Virus record (IMG/VR): IMGVR_UViG_3300020469_000002
Coordinates: 1 to 64,000 of that record
Source of the DNA: a virus
DNA: 64,000 nt
Strand: one strand, 5' to 3'
This document shows, piece by piece, positions 7,823 through 17,579 of this stretch. The position numbers were made by a program, and so were the translations under genes. How positions within the stretch are numbered: the stretch's first letter is position 1; every line of letters begins with the position of its first letter. The notes beneath the pieces were generated by a model. The model made no database searches. It was not told the DNA's origin and saw nothing but the letters and a program-made list of their open reading frames with translations.

Positions 7823-9465
7823 GCAACGCGCATACAGCAGGTGTTGTGGACGCGCTTTCTGCTGAGTTTCCACTGCTCGGAATCGCTCTGCGTCACCATC
7901 GCAACACGCGTGGACACCCGATGTCGTTTGCTACTCGACCGTACTTGGTGGAGTTGTACTGCGATGCTCCGCATATCGACGGCTTCGACGCGATGAAAGC
8001 AGTGCAGGTCGGCTGGTCAGAGCTTCTCGTTCAGTTGATTCTGGAGCGTGCCGGTTGGGGCGGTCGAATCGCAGCGTATGTTCTTCCGTCGTATCAGCTT
8101 CGCGATCGCTTCGTGAAGAACCGTGTCAACCCGCTTCTCGATAGAGTTGCTGCCTATCAACAGAAAGTCCCTGCTCACGATCCTGGTTCTTTGAAAATCA
8201 AGCGATTTGGTAATGGTTCGCTACTGTTTCTCGGGTCAAACACAGTCAACGACTTCGTGGAGTTCTCGGCAGACGTACTGGTCGTGGACGAGTTTGACCG
8301 ATGCGTAGCGGAGCACCTTGCGCTTGCTCGCGACCGTCTTCGAGAGTCGCCTTACCCGCAGCTTTTTCGTATCGGAAACCCCACAATGCCGGGTGTCGGT
8401 ATTGCAGCACTCTTCGATCACAGTGACGGGCGAAGATGGCACCACAAATGCACTCGATGTGGAGAAAGACAGCCGCTCGAATGGGCGACAAACATCGTTG
8501 AGCGAGACACGTCTGGGCGATGGGTTCCACTCGACAAGAAGCGCATAGAGGCGGGAAACATTCGTCCCATTTGTCGTCGGTGTAAAAAGCCGTTCGATCG
8601 AGTTGCAGACGGTGCTGAGTGGGTCGCAGAGAGACCTTCTCAGACGAGACGCGGCTATCAGATCTCTCGATTGGACGTGTTGTCGCAAGAGCTTCGACCG
8701 CTGCTGCACGAGTGGAGTGAAGCTCAGGGTGATGCAAGCAAGCTGGAGGCGTTCTATCGAAGCGTTCTCGGCAGACCATACGAGCCGAAGGGCATGGCGA
8801 TTGACAGAGAGATTCTGGCAAACTGCACGATTGGAGACCCGCTGGATGAGGGTGGTGGTGCGAGGCTCAGAGATCAGACAGTCGTTGTGGGGGTCGATGT
8901 TGGGCGTCTTCTGCACATCAACGTGTCTTGTGTGGAATACGATGAAGAGCGAGAGCAGAGTGTTCGAACATGTCTGTGGGTCGGGACGGTACAGACGTTC
9001 GATCAGGTCTACGACATCCTCGTTCGATACTGCGCGCGAGTGTGTGTGATTGACTCTCGACCAGAGGTCCGAAAGGCCCAAGAGCTGCGCGACAAGTGCA
9101 TTTCGAGCGGAGTCTGCGAAGTCTGGTTGGCTCAGTTTACGAGAGCAGACAAGATCGGCCGCATGGCGTACGGGATGACGCTCGACTACCGACGACGCGT
9201 TGTCAGTGTGGACAGAACACAGCTTCTCGATGCGACACTGGACGACTTGCAGGTTGACCCTCCGCGCAAAAAGTTTTCAGAAGACGTTTGGCGAGTGAAG
9301 GGCTGGGCAGACCAAATGGTCGCACCGAAACGTCGAAAAAGCGCGAACTCTGACAGATTCATCTGGGACGAGGGGAACGCAGAAGATCACTTTCGTTTCG
9401 CGGACGCTTACGAACGGGTCGCAGCAGACCTACACAACAGATCTGGTTCATATCTGGGGGCATGA
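7819..9465 (+). CDS. Terminase large subunit, GpA-like
   Basis: KAVQVGWSE variant P-loop, LVVDEFD, GNPT, CxxC..CxxC, nuclease GVDVG and EDHFRFAD. Confidence 0.9.
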   Translation: MSNAHTAGVVDALSAEFPLLGIALRHHRNTRGHPMSFATRPYLVELYCDAPHIDGFDAMKAVQVGWSELLVQLILERAGWGGRIAAYVLPSYQLRDRFVKNRVNPLLDRVAAYQQKVPAHDPGSLKIKRFGNGSLLFLGSNTVNDFVEFSADVLVVDEFDRCVAEHLALARDRLRESPYPQLFRIGNPTMPGVGIAALFDHSDGRRWHHKCTRCGERQPLEWATNIVERDTSGRWVPLDKKRIEAGNIRPICRRCKKPFDRVADGAEWVAERPSQTRRGYQISRLDVLSQELRPLLHEWSEAQGDASKLEAFYRSVLGRPYEPKGMAIDREILANCTIGDPLDEGGGARLRDQTVVVGVDVGRLLHINVSCVEYDEEREQSVRTCLWVGTVQTFDQVYDILVRYCARVCVIDSRPEVRKAQELRDKCISSGVCEVWLAQFTRADKIGRMAYGMTLDYRRRVVSVDRTQLLDATLDDLQVDPPRKKFSEDVWRVKGWADQMVAPKRRKSANSDRFIWDEGNAEDHFRFADAYERVAADLHNRSGSYLGA

Positions 9466-10196
9466 TGACAGCTTCACTCACTGATGAATGGTTCAAGCAA
9501 ACAGCGATCAGATTCCATGATTTGCGCGAGCAGTACGCGAATGAAGACCCATTCGAGCACGTGGTTCTCAACGACTTTTGGCCCAAGGACTTCGCTGAAG
9601 ATCTTGCGGATGCTCTCGCTGAAAAGCCCACAAACACAGACTCGTGGCACCACTTCGTCAACAGACGAGAGCGAAAGCGAGCGACGAAGCCGGGCAAGGC
9701 ACTCGTCGGTCAACCAGGGATTGTTCGAGAAGCTCTGTCGGCTCTGAATGACGATCGATTCGTCGCTGCGCTCGCAGATGTGTCCGCCACTCGCGATCTC
9801 GTCGCTGATCCCGAGTACGTGGGTGGCGGTGTTCATCGAATCGAGCGAGGAGGGATGCTTGCTGTTCATGTGGACTTCAACAGACACCCTACGACTCGGC
9901 TTTTTCGCCGCCTCAATCTTCTGATCTACATGAATCGTGACTGGAAAGAAGAGTGGAACGGCGAGCTTGAACTTTGGGCCAGAGATCGCTCGCGACTCGT
10001 GAAGAGTGTTTTTCCGCATGAAAACGTGGCAGTGCTCTTCGACACAGCACGCGACTCGTGGCACGGTCACCCGACACCGCTCGCTTGCCCCCCATCGAGA
10101 GCAAGAGTCTCTTTAGCGACCTATTACTATGCACCAGAAGCAGGTTCACAGCGTCGTCGTCAACACTCTACGAGATTCTTGGAGGACGAACGATGA
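9462..10196 (+). CDS. 2OG-Fe(II) oxygenase
   Basis: HVD..RRLNLLIY..WNGELELW..WHG..RVS (HxD...H...RxS). Confidence 0.9.
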   Translation: MMTASLTDEWFKQTAIRFHDLREQYANEDPFEHVVLNDFWPKDFAEDLADALAEKPTNTDSWHHFVNRRERKRATKPGKALVGQPGIVREALSALNDDRFVAALADVSATRDLVADPEYVGGGVHRIERGGMLAVHVDFNRHPTTRLFRRLNLLIYMNRDWKEEWNGELELWARDRSRLVKSVFPHENVAVLFDTARDSWHGHPTPLACPPSRARVSLATYYYAPEAGSQRRRQHSTRFLEDER

Positions 10197-10510
10197 AGCG
10201 ATCCTCTCTGATGCTGTTTTCAGCCACGAACAGTCAAATGATGAAGGACCCCAATCTTTCGTCTTTGCTGGAGAGAGCGTCTCCAGAAGAGGTAGAGGCG
10301 TTCGGTCGCGCTCTGAGATCCGCGTATGTTGCAGGTCAAGATGACAGCGATGCGAGAACGGGGAAGCTCATGGCTCGAATCTTTGGTGGATTCGTGGGCG
10401 TCACACCTGGGATCGATGTCAATCGAGAAGACGATTCGGCTACTCCGCGAGAGCGACTGAAAGGCATCGTCTCTCTACTCGCAGGAGCAACTCGAAGAGG
10501 TGGTGGATGA
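10193..10510 (+). CDS. Hypothetical protein
   Basis: GGAGGA RBS, ATGA coupling. Confidence 0.65.
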   Translation: MKRSSLMLFSATNSQMMKDPNLSSLLERASPEEVEAFGRALRSAYVAGQDDSDARTGKLMARIFGGFVGVTPGIDVNREDDSATPRERLKGIVSLLAGATRRGGG

Positions 10511-10530
10511 GGCTCACTCGTGTCTGAAGA

Positions 10531-11226
10531 TCATGCCGACTGGTTTGATTGACCCGCTGCGAGCAGACACTTCACGCTCGACGCGTGCCACTTCCCCCCC
10601 GTTCTCGTTTCGAACCCATGCTTGATCAACGACTCTCCGATTTTTCTGAGTGACAGCCCCTCGCTTCTCAGTCTGAGCGCGAGAGAAATAGCATCGCGCT
10701 CCTTTTCATTCTCGATCTCTTTGCCGTCGATCACATCGAAGCCGAATCGAGCATGACCACCAGTGTGCTCTCCCTTCTTTCGTTTTTGCGCGAGTGCTGC
10801 TCTTGTCCGTGCTCGAATCAGTTCTCGCTCGTACTGAGCGAACAGATCGAGCATTCCGCGGAGAAGCATGTCTTCTGGTGAGCTTCCGTTTGCCACCCCG
10901 TCTGCACAAAGCACTCTGGCACCGTGCCTTTCGACAAGTCGATGCACCATCGCAGCCACATACCCGTCGCGAGCGAGCCGACAACGCTTTGCGACGATCA
11001 GCCCCGTTGCTCTCTCGTCTCGAATCTCGTCGATCGCGGCGAGAAGTGCTGGTCGCTTGTCAAGCTCCAAACCCCCTGAAACGCCGTGGTCAACATGCTC
11101 TGCGATGATGATTAGGTCGTTCTTTCGACAGTACGACTGAACCATGTCTCTTTGCGCTTCGAGACCCAGCTTTTGATCGTCTGTAGAGACTCGGAAGTAT
11201 GCGACGACTGGTGTGCTTTCGGTCAT
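10531..11226 (-). CDS. Serine recombinase (resolvase/invertase type)
   Basis: YFRVSTDDQ..LEAQ, DHGVSG..RPAL, RLAR, ERELIRART; C-terminal SLRKI..TRTGGKWHASSV. Confidence 0.92.
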   Translation of the reverse strand: MTESTPVVAYFRVSTDDQKLGLEAQRDMVQSYCRKNDLIIIAEHVDHGVSGGLELDKRPALLAAIDEIRDERATGLIVAKRCRLARDGYVAAMVHRLVERHGARVLCADGVANGSSPEDMLLRGMLDLFAQYERELIRARTRAALAQKRKKGEHTGGHARFGFDVIDGKEIENEKERDAISLALRLRSEGLSLRKIGESLIKHGFETRTGGKWHASSVKCLLAAGQSNQSA

Positions 11227-11253
11227 TTCGCGCTCTCTCTTGTGATCTTTTCT

Positions 11254-11282
11254 CTTATACGCGAGTGATAAAACCCGTGCAA
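11254..11282 (-). promoter_or_regulatory. Sigma70-type promoter for recombinase
   Basis: TTGCAC-17 nt-TATAAG on - strand. Confidence 0.7.
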
Positions 11283-11372
11283 GAGTAAAGATTGAAGAGA
11301 TCGGCTCCGAGCAATAGATAGTCTTCCGAGAATCCTTGTTGCGCGATACCATGCGGCAAACGGAGGGCCGAA

Positions 11373-14300
11373 ATGGCATCGAAGTTCACACCGGCTCAAC
11401 CGCAAATCGTCTCGATTGGTCGAAAGTCGATCGCAAACACTGATCGCACCGTTCTCAGTGCTGGTGGTTGGCTCAGTGGTCCCCCCCGTGGCGTACAAGA
11501 TGCGAGAGAGCGTCTTGGCTACTCACAGGCTGCACAGACTTCGAGTCTGTACGAGTCCCCAGAGTCTCACTACTCATTCTACCGATCCTATCGATCTCTC
11601 ATGCCCTCTCAATATTGGTCGCTGTACAAGAGCAGCCCCGATGTCCGAGTGTGTGTTGACTCGATCGTTCGACGAATCGCAACGCGAGATTGGATCATCA
11701 AGCCGACCACTGATCCGCGAGAGACTGACGAGTACAAGCGTCTCTCTGCAAAGTCTGCGGAGGTTGCTCAGTTTCTTCGAGTGCCAAACAAAGACGGTCA
11801 GACGTGGCAAGAGTTGATGACCGCGATGGTCACCGACTTGCTTGTGTATGACAGTGGTATTCTTGAAATGGTTGAGGACGGCGAAGGCAATCTCACAGAG
11901 GTTGTCTCGTGGCTCGGCAGTGAGTGGTTCGAGGTGATTGACACTCACGGCAATCTGGTTCGATACGATCAGACGCCAGAGAACTCCAACGAGCCTCCAG
12001 TCGAGGTTTCGCCAGAAAAAATCTGCGCGTTCAAGCTGTTCACGAACAACCGCTCTACGAACGGTCTCCCGATTTTGGAGTCTGTGATCACTGAGTGTTT
12101 GACTGTCCTTCTGTCGAGTGAACACGCGATGTTGGCGCTCGATGCGAACGAGATTCCGCCCGGTCTTCTTGTTCTCGGTGGTGTTGCGGGAGCAGCAGCA
12201 GAGCGAGCCCGCGCAGATCTACAGCAGATGAAGGGTCGAGATCACCGAATCCGCGTCGTGACTTCTCCTGAGCCGAACGGAATCGAGGCGAAGTGGGTTG
12301 AGCTTCGACACAACATCAAAGATCTGGAAATGCTGAGGGTGATTGACACCATGCGAAAGACCATTTGGCGGGTCTTCGGGGTGTCACCAACGGAGCTTGG
12401 CGAGACGATGAACCTCGCTCGCGCTGCTGCTGAAGTTCAGATGGATGTGTCCTCGTCTCACTTGATCTCTCCGATTCTGGAGACGATTCAGGCACGGGTC
12501 AACGCTCAGATTCTTCCTCGTCTGCTTGGAGAAGACGCTGGCAAAATCACGTTTGCTTTCGAGCGTGGTGCTGTTGCGTCTGCGAAAGAACGACTGCAAA
12601 TCGCAGAGCGAAGCGAGATTCTTCTGCGACGTGGAGTGATGACCGTAAACGAGGTTCGAGACGAGCTTGGTCTTCTCCCGATTGAGGGCGGAGATATTGC
12701 GACTGTTGAGACAAATCTCGGTCCCGTTCCTCTTGAAACACTTGTGGTTGGAATCGCAGATTCAGATGAGGTTCAATCTGCTCCTCAAACAGAAGATCAG
12801 GGCAGTGACGCAAGTTTTGAAGAGCTTTCGAAGCTGGGAGATCTCTCAAAGGCTGTGCAGAAGAACCTTCGAGAGCGGGCCAAGAAGCACAACGAAAAAA
12901 TGAAGGGTCGAGCAGCATGGCGTCGAACGAACGCGGGAACACTCGCGAAAGTGTTTGATCGTGGAGTGGGTGCATACCACAACAACCCGCAGTCGGTCAG
13001 GCCGGGCGTCGCAAGTGCAGAGCAGTGGGGATACGGTCGAGTCGATTCTTTCCTGCATGTGCTCGACAAGGACAAGTTCAGGAAAGGAAAGCACGACACT
13101 GACTTGCTCCCGAAGCAGCACCCTCTCTCCAGCAAGGGAGAAGAGCGTGGTGTTGTGAGTCGTGCTCCTTCGTTTGATCGTGCTGATCTGAATACCGCTT
13201 GGGGATGGAACGATCGACAAAGAGACAGACTGCTTGGCGATCCCTCAGATTGGCGACGATACGCCCGAGCACATCTTTGGAATGACGGAAGTGGCGACGA
13301 GCGTTTCGGGGCGTACAAGTTTCCGATCGCTCGTGTAGTGAAAGCGAACGATGAAGATCCCAAAATCGTGTTTCGCGGTGTCGCGTCTGTCATTGGCGCA
13401 CTGAATGAAGACGGAAAGCACGAGTCGCTTACGGGTGTCACACTCGAAGAGCAGCGACAAGTCTATGCCCGCGTCGCATCGCTGTACGACGACTTCGGAC
13501 AAGAGGTTCCCGTCGTTGCTCGACTGGAAGACGACCGCGCTCTGCGAGCGGTCGGGGATGTAGACCCGACAAACTTCCCTGCATCTGGAGACGACAAGGC
13601 TGTTTCACTTGCGAACTCTCAGTGGGAGATCTTCGATCACAAGTACGCAAAGAAGCTGAAAGACGAGTATCCAGAGATTTGGAAGAAGGGTGGAAACATT
13701 CGAGGCAACTCGCAGTGGAGAAAGCTGCTTCCGATCGTCGAGCGTGGCGGCTCAATGAAGCCGAAGAACGACACCGAGGAAGGTGCCATTCGATTGCGTG
13801 AAGCATGGAACGCGCGCCACTTCAAAGATCATCGAATCGCGGGAGTGATTGCGCAGGTAAAATGGCTCGCTGTGGGCTCTCGCGGTGAAGTCTACATGAA
13901 GAAGCTGATCGACGAAGAAAAGAAGAAGATCGACGACAAGCGGTCAAAGCATCACCATCACGATCATGATTGCGAAGAACATGGCTGTTTCGGGGGTCGC
14001 GAGACTTCGATTCCAGATGCTCGTCAACGATTGAGAGGCATGCACCCCGCTTCTCGGCTGATCGAAATCGAGAGAGCAGCGGCACAGACTTATCTGCCAA
14101 GTGAGTGGCAGCCGTCGTCCAAGTTTGCGAGCGTCCGAACTCTCGATCTGTCTTCGCTGGCAGACGAGATCGCTGCATACACAAGGACTGCTGCACGATT
14201 GTATGCAGACGCCGCTGGAGACATTGAGTCTTCGATTCGGGCTGCGTATGACGCTTCAGGAAAGCTGAGTGTTCAAAATGCCGCCTCGGTGCAAAGGCAG

Positions 14301-15020
14301 ATTGACGATAGGCTCAATGCTCTGGCGGCAAAGTGGGATGCCATCGGTCGAGAGTATTACCGTTCCGCTGCTCAGAACGGGGCACGCTCGGCAGAGAAGA
14401 TGTCTGGGACTTCGAGCGTCAGCGCGCTGTCTGTTGATGCGACTGCGGGTGCTTATGCGAACGAAGCGATGTCGTACCTCACAGACCAACAGGGGCTCGT
14501 TGGTACGCTCAGAGAGCAGCTTCGCAGACTTGTGAACAACGCAAGCGCGCCGAAGCAAGTGCGAAGCGTAGATCGCGACATCGACGACATCGACAACGAC
14601 TCAGAGCGATCAGAAGTGCTCGCGACAACCGGCGCGGTATTCGCTGCAAACGCACATCGAGTATCAAACTGGACGGGTAAGCTGGTTGGCTTGGCGAATC
14701 GGATGCTCGCAGAAACGCTTGAAAGTGTTGTCTCTATTGGAGACGGCAAAGCGACTGTCTGGTACTACGAGTGGGTGAGTGCTGGCGGTAGATCTTGTCC
14801 GATCTGTGCAGAAGAAGGAGTGCAGGGTTTTCGACGGCTCGACAGAATCGGTCGATACCCAGGGGAAGACACATACTGCGGCGCAAACTGCCGATGCGTG
14901 CTCGTTCTGTGGACAGAGGACGAGGTTCGAAGTGGGGCGGCAGAGTCACTCTCAACACCGGCTGGAGAGGTCTCGTCAAACCCGATGGAGACCAACTACT
15001 TGCCTCCTGGCATGATCTGA
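11373..15020 (+). CDS. Portal protein fused to accessory domains and MuF-like minor head domain
   Basis: HK97-like portal core (NGLPILE, VFGVSPTELG, GVMTVNEVRDELGLLPIEGGD); C-terminal CPIC..CGANCRC. Confidence 0.85.
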   Translation: MASKFTPAQPQIVSIGRKSIANTDRTVLSAGGWLSGPPRGVQDARERLGYSQAAQTSSLYESPESHYSFYRSYRSLMPSQYWSLYKSSPDVRVCVDSIVRRIATRDWIIKPTTDPRETDEYKRLSAKSAEVAQFLRVPNKDGQTWQELMTAMVTDLLVYDSGILEMVEDGEGNLTEVVSWLGSEWFEVIDTHGNLVRYDQTPENSNEPPVEVSPEKICAFKLFTNNRSTNGLPILESVITECLTVLLSSEHAMLALDANEIPPGLLVLGGVAGAAAERARADLQQMKGRDHRIRVVTSPEPNGIEAKWVELRHNIKDLEMLRVIDTMRKTIWRVFGVSPTELGETMNLARAAAEVQMDVSSSHLISPILETIQARVNAQILPRLLGEDAGKITFAFERGAVASAKERLQIAERSEILLRRGVMTVNEVRDELGLLPIEGGDIATVETNLGPVPLETLVVGIADSDEVQSAPQTEDQGSDASFEELSKLGDLSKAVQKNLRERAKKHNEKMKGRAAWRRTNAGTLAKVFDRGVGAYHNNPQSVRPGVASAEQWGYGRVDSFLHVLDKDKFRKGKHDTDLLPKQHPLSSKGEERGVVSRAPSFDRADLNTAWGWNDRQRDRLLGDPSDWRRYARAHLWNDGSGDERFGAYKFPIARVVKANDEDPKIVFRGVASVIGALNEDGKHESLTGVTLEEQRQVYARVASLYDDFGQEVPVVARLEDDRALRAVGDVDPTNFPASGDDKAVSLANSQWEIFDHKYAKKLKDEYPEIWKKGGNIRGNSQWRKLLPIVERGGSMKPKNDTEEGAIRLREAWNARHFKDHRIAGVIAQVKWLAVGSRGEVYMKKLIDEEKKKIDDKRSKHHHHDHDCEEHGCFGGRETSIPDARQRLRGMHPASRLIEIERAAAQTYLPSEWQPSSKFASVRTLDLSSLADEIAAYTRTAARLYADAAGDIESSIRAAYDASGKLSVQNAASVQRQIDDRLNALAAKWDAIGREYYRSAAQNGARSAEKMSGTSSVSALSVDATAGAYANEAMSYLTDQQGLVGTLREQLRRLVNNASAPKQVRSVDRDIDDIDNDSERSEVLATTGAVFAANAHRVSNWTGKLVGLANRMLAETLESVVSIGDGKATVWYYEWVSAGGRSCPICAEEGVQGFRRLDRIGRYPGEDTYCGANCRCVLVLWTEDEVRSGAAESLSTPAGEVSSNPMETNYLPPGMI

Positions 15021-15141
15021 ACCGACATCGCTCAATCAACCGTATCAGAACCCCATTGGCCTTATCGAGATCTGAATGATACTGTCATCTTCGGACGCCC
15101 AGCCAGCAGGCGCAGAACTCGAAATCACGGGAGCGCCAAAA

Positions 15142-17568
15142 ATGCACGTCCGCATCGATCTTCCATCTTGTAGTGGCGAGTCTACACAGCTTCATCTTCG
15201 TCAGATTGAATCTGTAGAAGAAAACAAGCGTCGATGGTCCGCCCGTTGTCGAATCCCGATGGCTGGCGTGCTCTCGGTTCGAGATTTGAGCGTTCGAAAC
15301 GATGCTTCGGTTGTCTCTGCGGACGCACAATGCGAAGACCGCGCATACCACGACGACGACGAAGAAAAGAAGAAGCGTTCCGACGAAATGGTCCTCGAAG
15401 GGATCGCAAGCTCGTCCTCGACGGACTGGCACGGAACCTCGATGTCTTTGTCTGCTTTGCAGCGTATGGCAGATCAGTTTCGATCTGGAGTGCCCTACGT
15501 CGCGACGCATCATGATGCAGAGTGGATGCACATGCTCGGGCGCACGTTCGACGCAGAGGTCGTCTCCAGTCAGGCTGCGCGAGCAGCATACGGAGAGGAT
15601 GTCGGATACGAGCTGAAGGTTCGAACGACTCTGTTCATGGACGACGAGCGTTCGAAGAAGCTTCTGCGACACTTGCAGCGTGGTGTTCCTGTTGGTTGGA
15701 GCATCGGTGGCTGGTTCACGGAAATGGAAATCGTGACCAACGATCAGGACGAAGTGGAAGCGATGATTGTTCGAGAGGTTGAGCTTGATCACCTCGCGAC
15801 AACTCGCACTCCATCAAACCCAGACTCTTTCGTTGCGAGCATCGTGGGTGATACCGGGGAAGCACTGCGCGCAGCACTTACTGGGGATGAGGTCAGTCGC
15901 AGTGCGTCTCCGGATTCCTCTAAGGTTTGGCGAGCCACAAGAGCATCAGGTCAAGTGCATGTTTCACTTCTCGATTCGGAGACTGGCAAGATGGATTCAG
16001 AAACCGATGATCGTGCGACTGTGGGAATCGAAGCGCCAGAAGGTCATCACTGGATGGACTATGAAGACGGTCCAGTCTTGATGCCTGGAGAAGACACCGA
16101 TCATGAGGGCGCAACCGACGTTTATGAGTTCGAGGTGGTCGAAAAGCATGATCCTGAACGCATGAATGAAGACACCGAGTATAGGTCGGATGATTGCGCG
16201 GAGACTCGTGAAGCGTCTGATTTTCAAGATCTGCCGGTAGCTGATGCTGGTACTCAGTGGGACTGGAGTACGGATGTCGCAAACGAGATTCTGTACTCGG
16301 AAGATCACAGCGAAGAAGATCCAAACTGGGTGATGTTCAAGAAGGCTCACTTGTGGGTTGACCCCGACAAAGATGAAACGCGCGAAGGCTACAAGCTGCC
16401 AATCGCGATGATGATGGACGGTGAGCTTAAAGTCGTTCCGCGTGCAGTCATCGCAGCGGTCGCGGCACTGAATGGTGCTCGTGGCGGTGTCGATATTCCA
16501 GAGTCAGACCGAAAAGAGGTCTACGACTTGATCGTCAAATACTACGCATCGTGGGGCGACGACGATCCTCCAGATTTGATGGCATACGACGACATGGAGT
16601 CAGAGAAGCGGTCAGTCATGAGCTACCACTCTCTCCCTCTCGAAGAGTCAGCGTCGCTGAACTGGGGTCGCGCAGCAGCCGACGAGGTTCTTGGCGCAGA
16701 ACAAGACTGGCAGCGATTCCAGCTTGCACATCTCGTCTACGACGCGTCTCGTCCAAACGAGCGAGAATCATACAAATACCCATTTGCCCGCATGTTCGAT
16801 GGCGAGCTTCGCGCAGTGTTGGAGACGATTCGATCGCTTCTCGACGCACTGAACGCAGGAGAGCTGGAGCTTGGTGAACCAGACCGAGCGAAAGCCCTCG
16901 AACATCTATCGCAGTATACAAGCGGCATCGACGATGCCGAACTGTATCGTGAGTCCCTTGACAGTCGATCTCGACTGTGTTCCAGTGCCAATGAAGGGAT
17001 CGACGCTCGACGAAGCGCAACCCCGGCACAATCCACAACACCCCATGCCGAGGATGCAGCCATGTCCGACACCCCTGTCGAACTCCCTGTTGCAGCGCCC
17101 GAAGCGTCGCAGAGCGATCGTCTCGACCGGATCGAGACCTTGCTGCTGCGCACGGTTGAGGCGATTAGCAACCCCACCGCAAGCGTCGAATCGACGCCCG
17201 AACCCCAGCCTGCCGTCGAGCAGATCGATCCCGAGGTTACCGAGCTTCGCTCTCGCCTCGCTGCCGCTGAGCAGAAAATCGTTCAACTCGCACAGCAGCC
17301 GCAGCGTCGCGGTCGTCCCCACGTCGCTCATGCCGTGCTTGGTGCTCCCAGCACTGCCTTCGACGGCTTTGTTCGTAGTGCTGAAAAGCATCTTCCGAGC
17401 AACAGTGCCCTCGTCGCTGTTTGCCGCGAGCAGGCTCCGCGTCGCTCCGCAGAGCGCGATGCTCTCCCCACTCGCCAGTCTCTCGAAGCTGATCTTCGTG
17501 CAGTCCTGCACGCAGCGATGGCAGACGGTGTGATCACCAACCCCGACGCTCGCGCCGCTTGGCGCTAA
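15142..17568 (+). CDS. Prohead maturation protease / scaffold fusion
   Basis: LEGIASS..D..H..GWSIGG..ELDHLA..PSNPDS protease motifs; acidic linkers and C-terminal coiled coil; GGAG RBS before 15142 (ORF is open from 15076). Confidence 0.85.
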   Translation: MHVRIDLPSCSGESTQLHLRQIESVEENKRRWSARCRIPMAGVLSVRDLSVRNDASVVSADAQCEDRAYHDDDEEKKKRSDEMVLEGIASSSSTDWHGTSMSLSALQRMADQFRSGVPYVATHHDAEWMHMLGRTFDAEVVSSQAARAAYGEDVGYELKVRTTLFMDDERSKKLLRHLQRGVPVGWSIGGWFTEMEIVTNDQDEVEAMIVREVELDHLATTRTPSNPDSFVASIVGDTGEALRAALTGDEVSRSASPDSSKVWRATRASGQVHVSLLDSETGKMDSETDDRATVGIEAPEGHHWMDYEDGPVLMPGEDTDHEGATDVYEFEVVEKHDPERMNEDTEYRSDDCAETREASDFQDLPVADAGTQWDWSTDVANEILYSEDHSEEDPNWVMFKKAHLWVDPDKDETREGYKLPIAMMMDGELKVVPRAVIAAVAALNGARGGVDIPESDRKEVYDLIVKYYASWGDDDPPDLMAYDDMESEKRSVMSYHSLPLEESASLNWGRAAADEVLGAEQDWQRFQLAHLVYDASRPNERESYKYPFARMFDGELRAVLETIRSLLDALNAGELELGEPDRAKALEHLSQYTSGIDDAELYRESLDSRSRLCSSANEGIDARRSATPAQSTTPHAEDAAMSDTPVELPVAAPEASQSDRLDRIETLLLRTVEAISNPTASVESTPEPQPAVEQIDPEVTELRSRLAAAEQKIVQLAQQPQRRGRPHVAHAVLGAPSTAFDGFVRSAEKHLPSNSALVAVCREQAPRRSAERDALPTRQSLEADLRAVLHAAMADGVITNPDARAAWR

Positions 17569-17579
17569 GGAGACCTACG

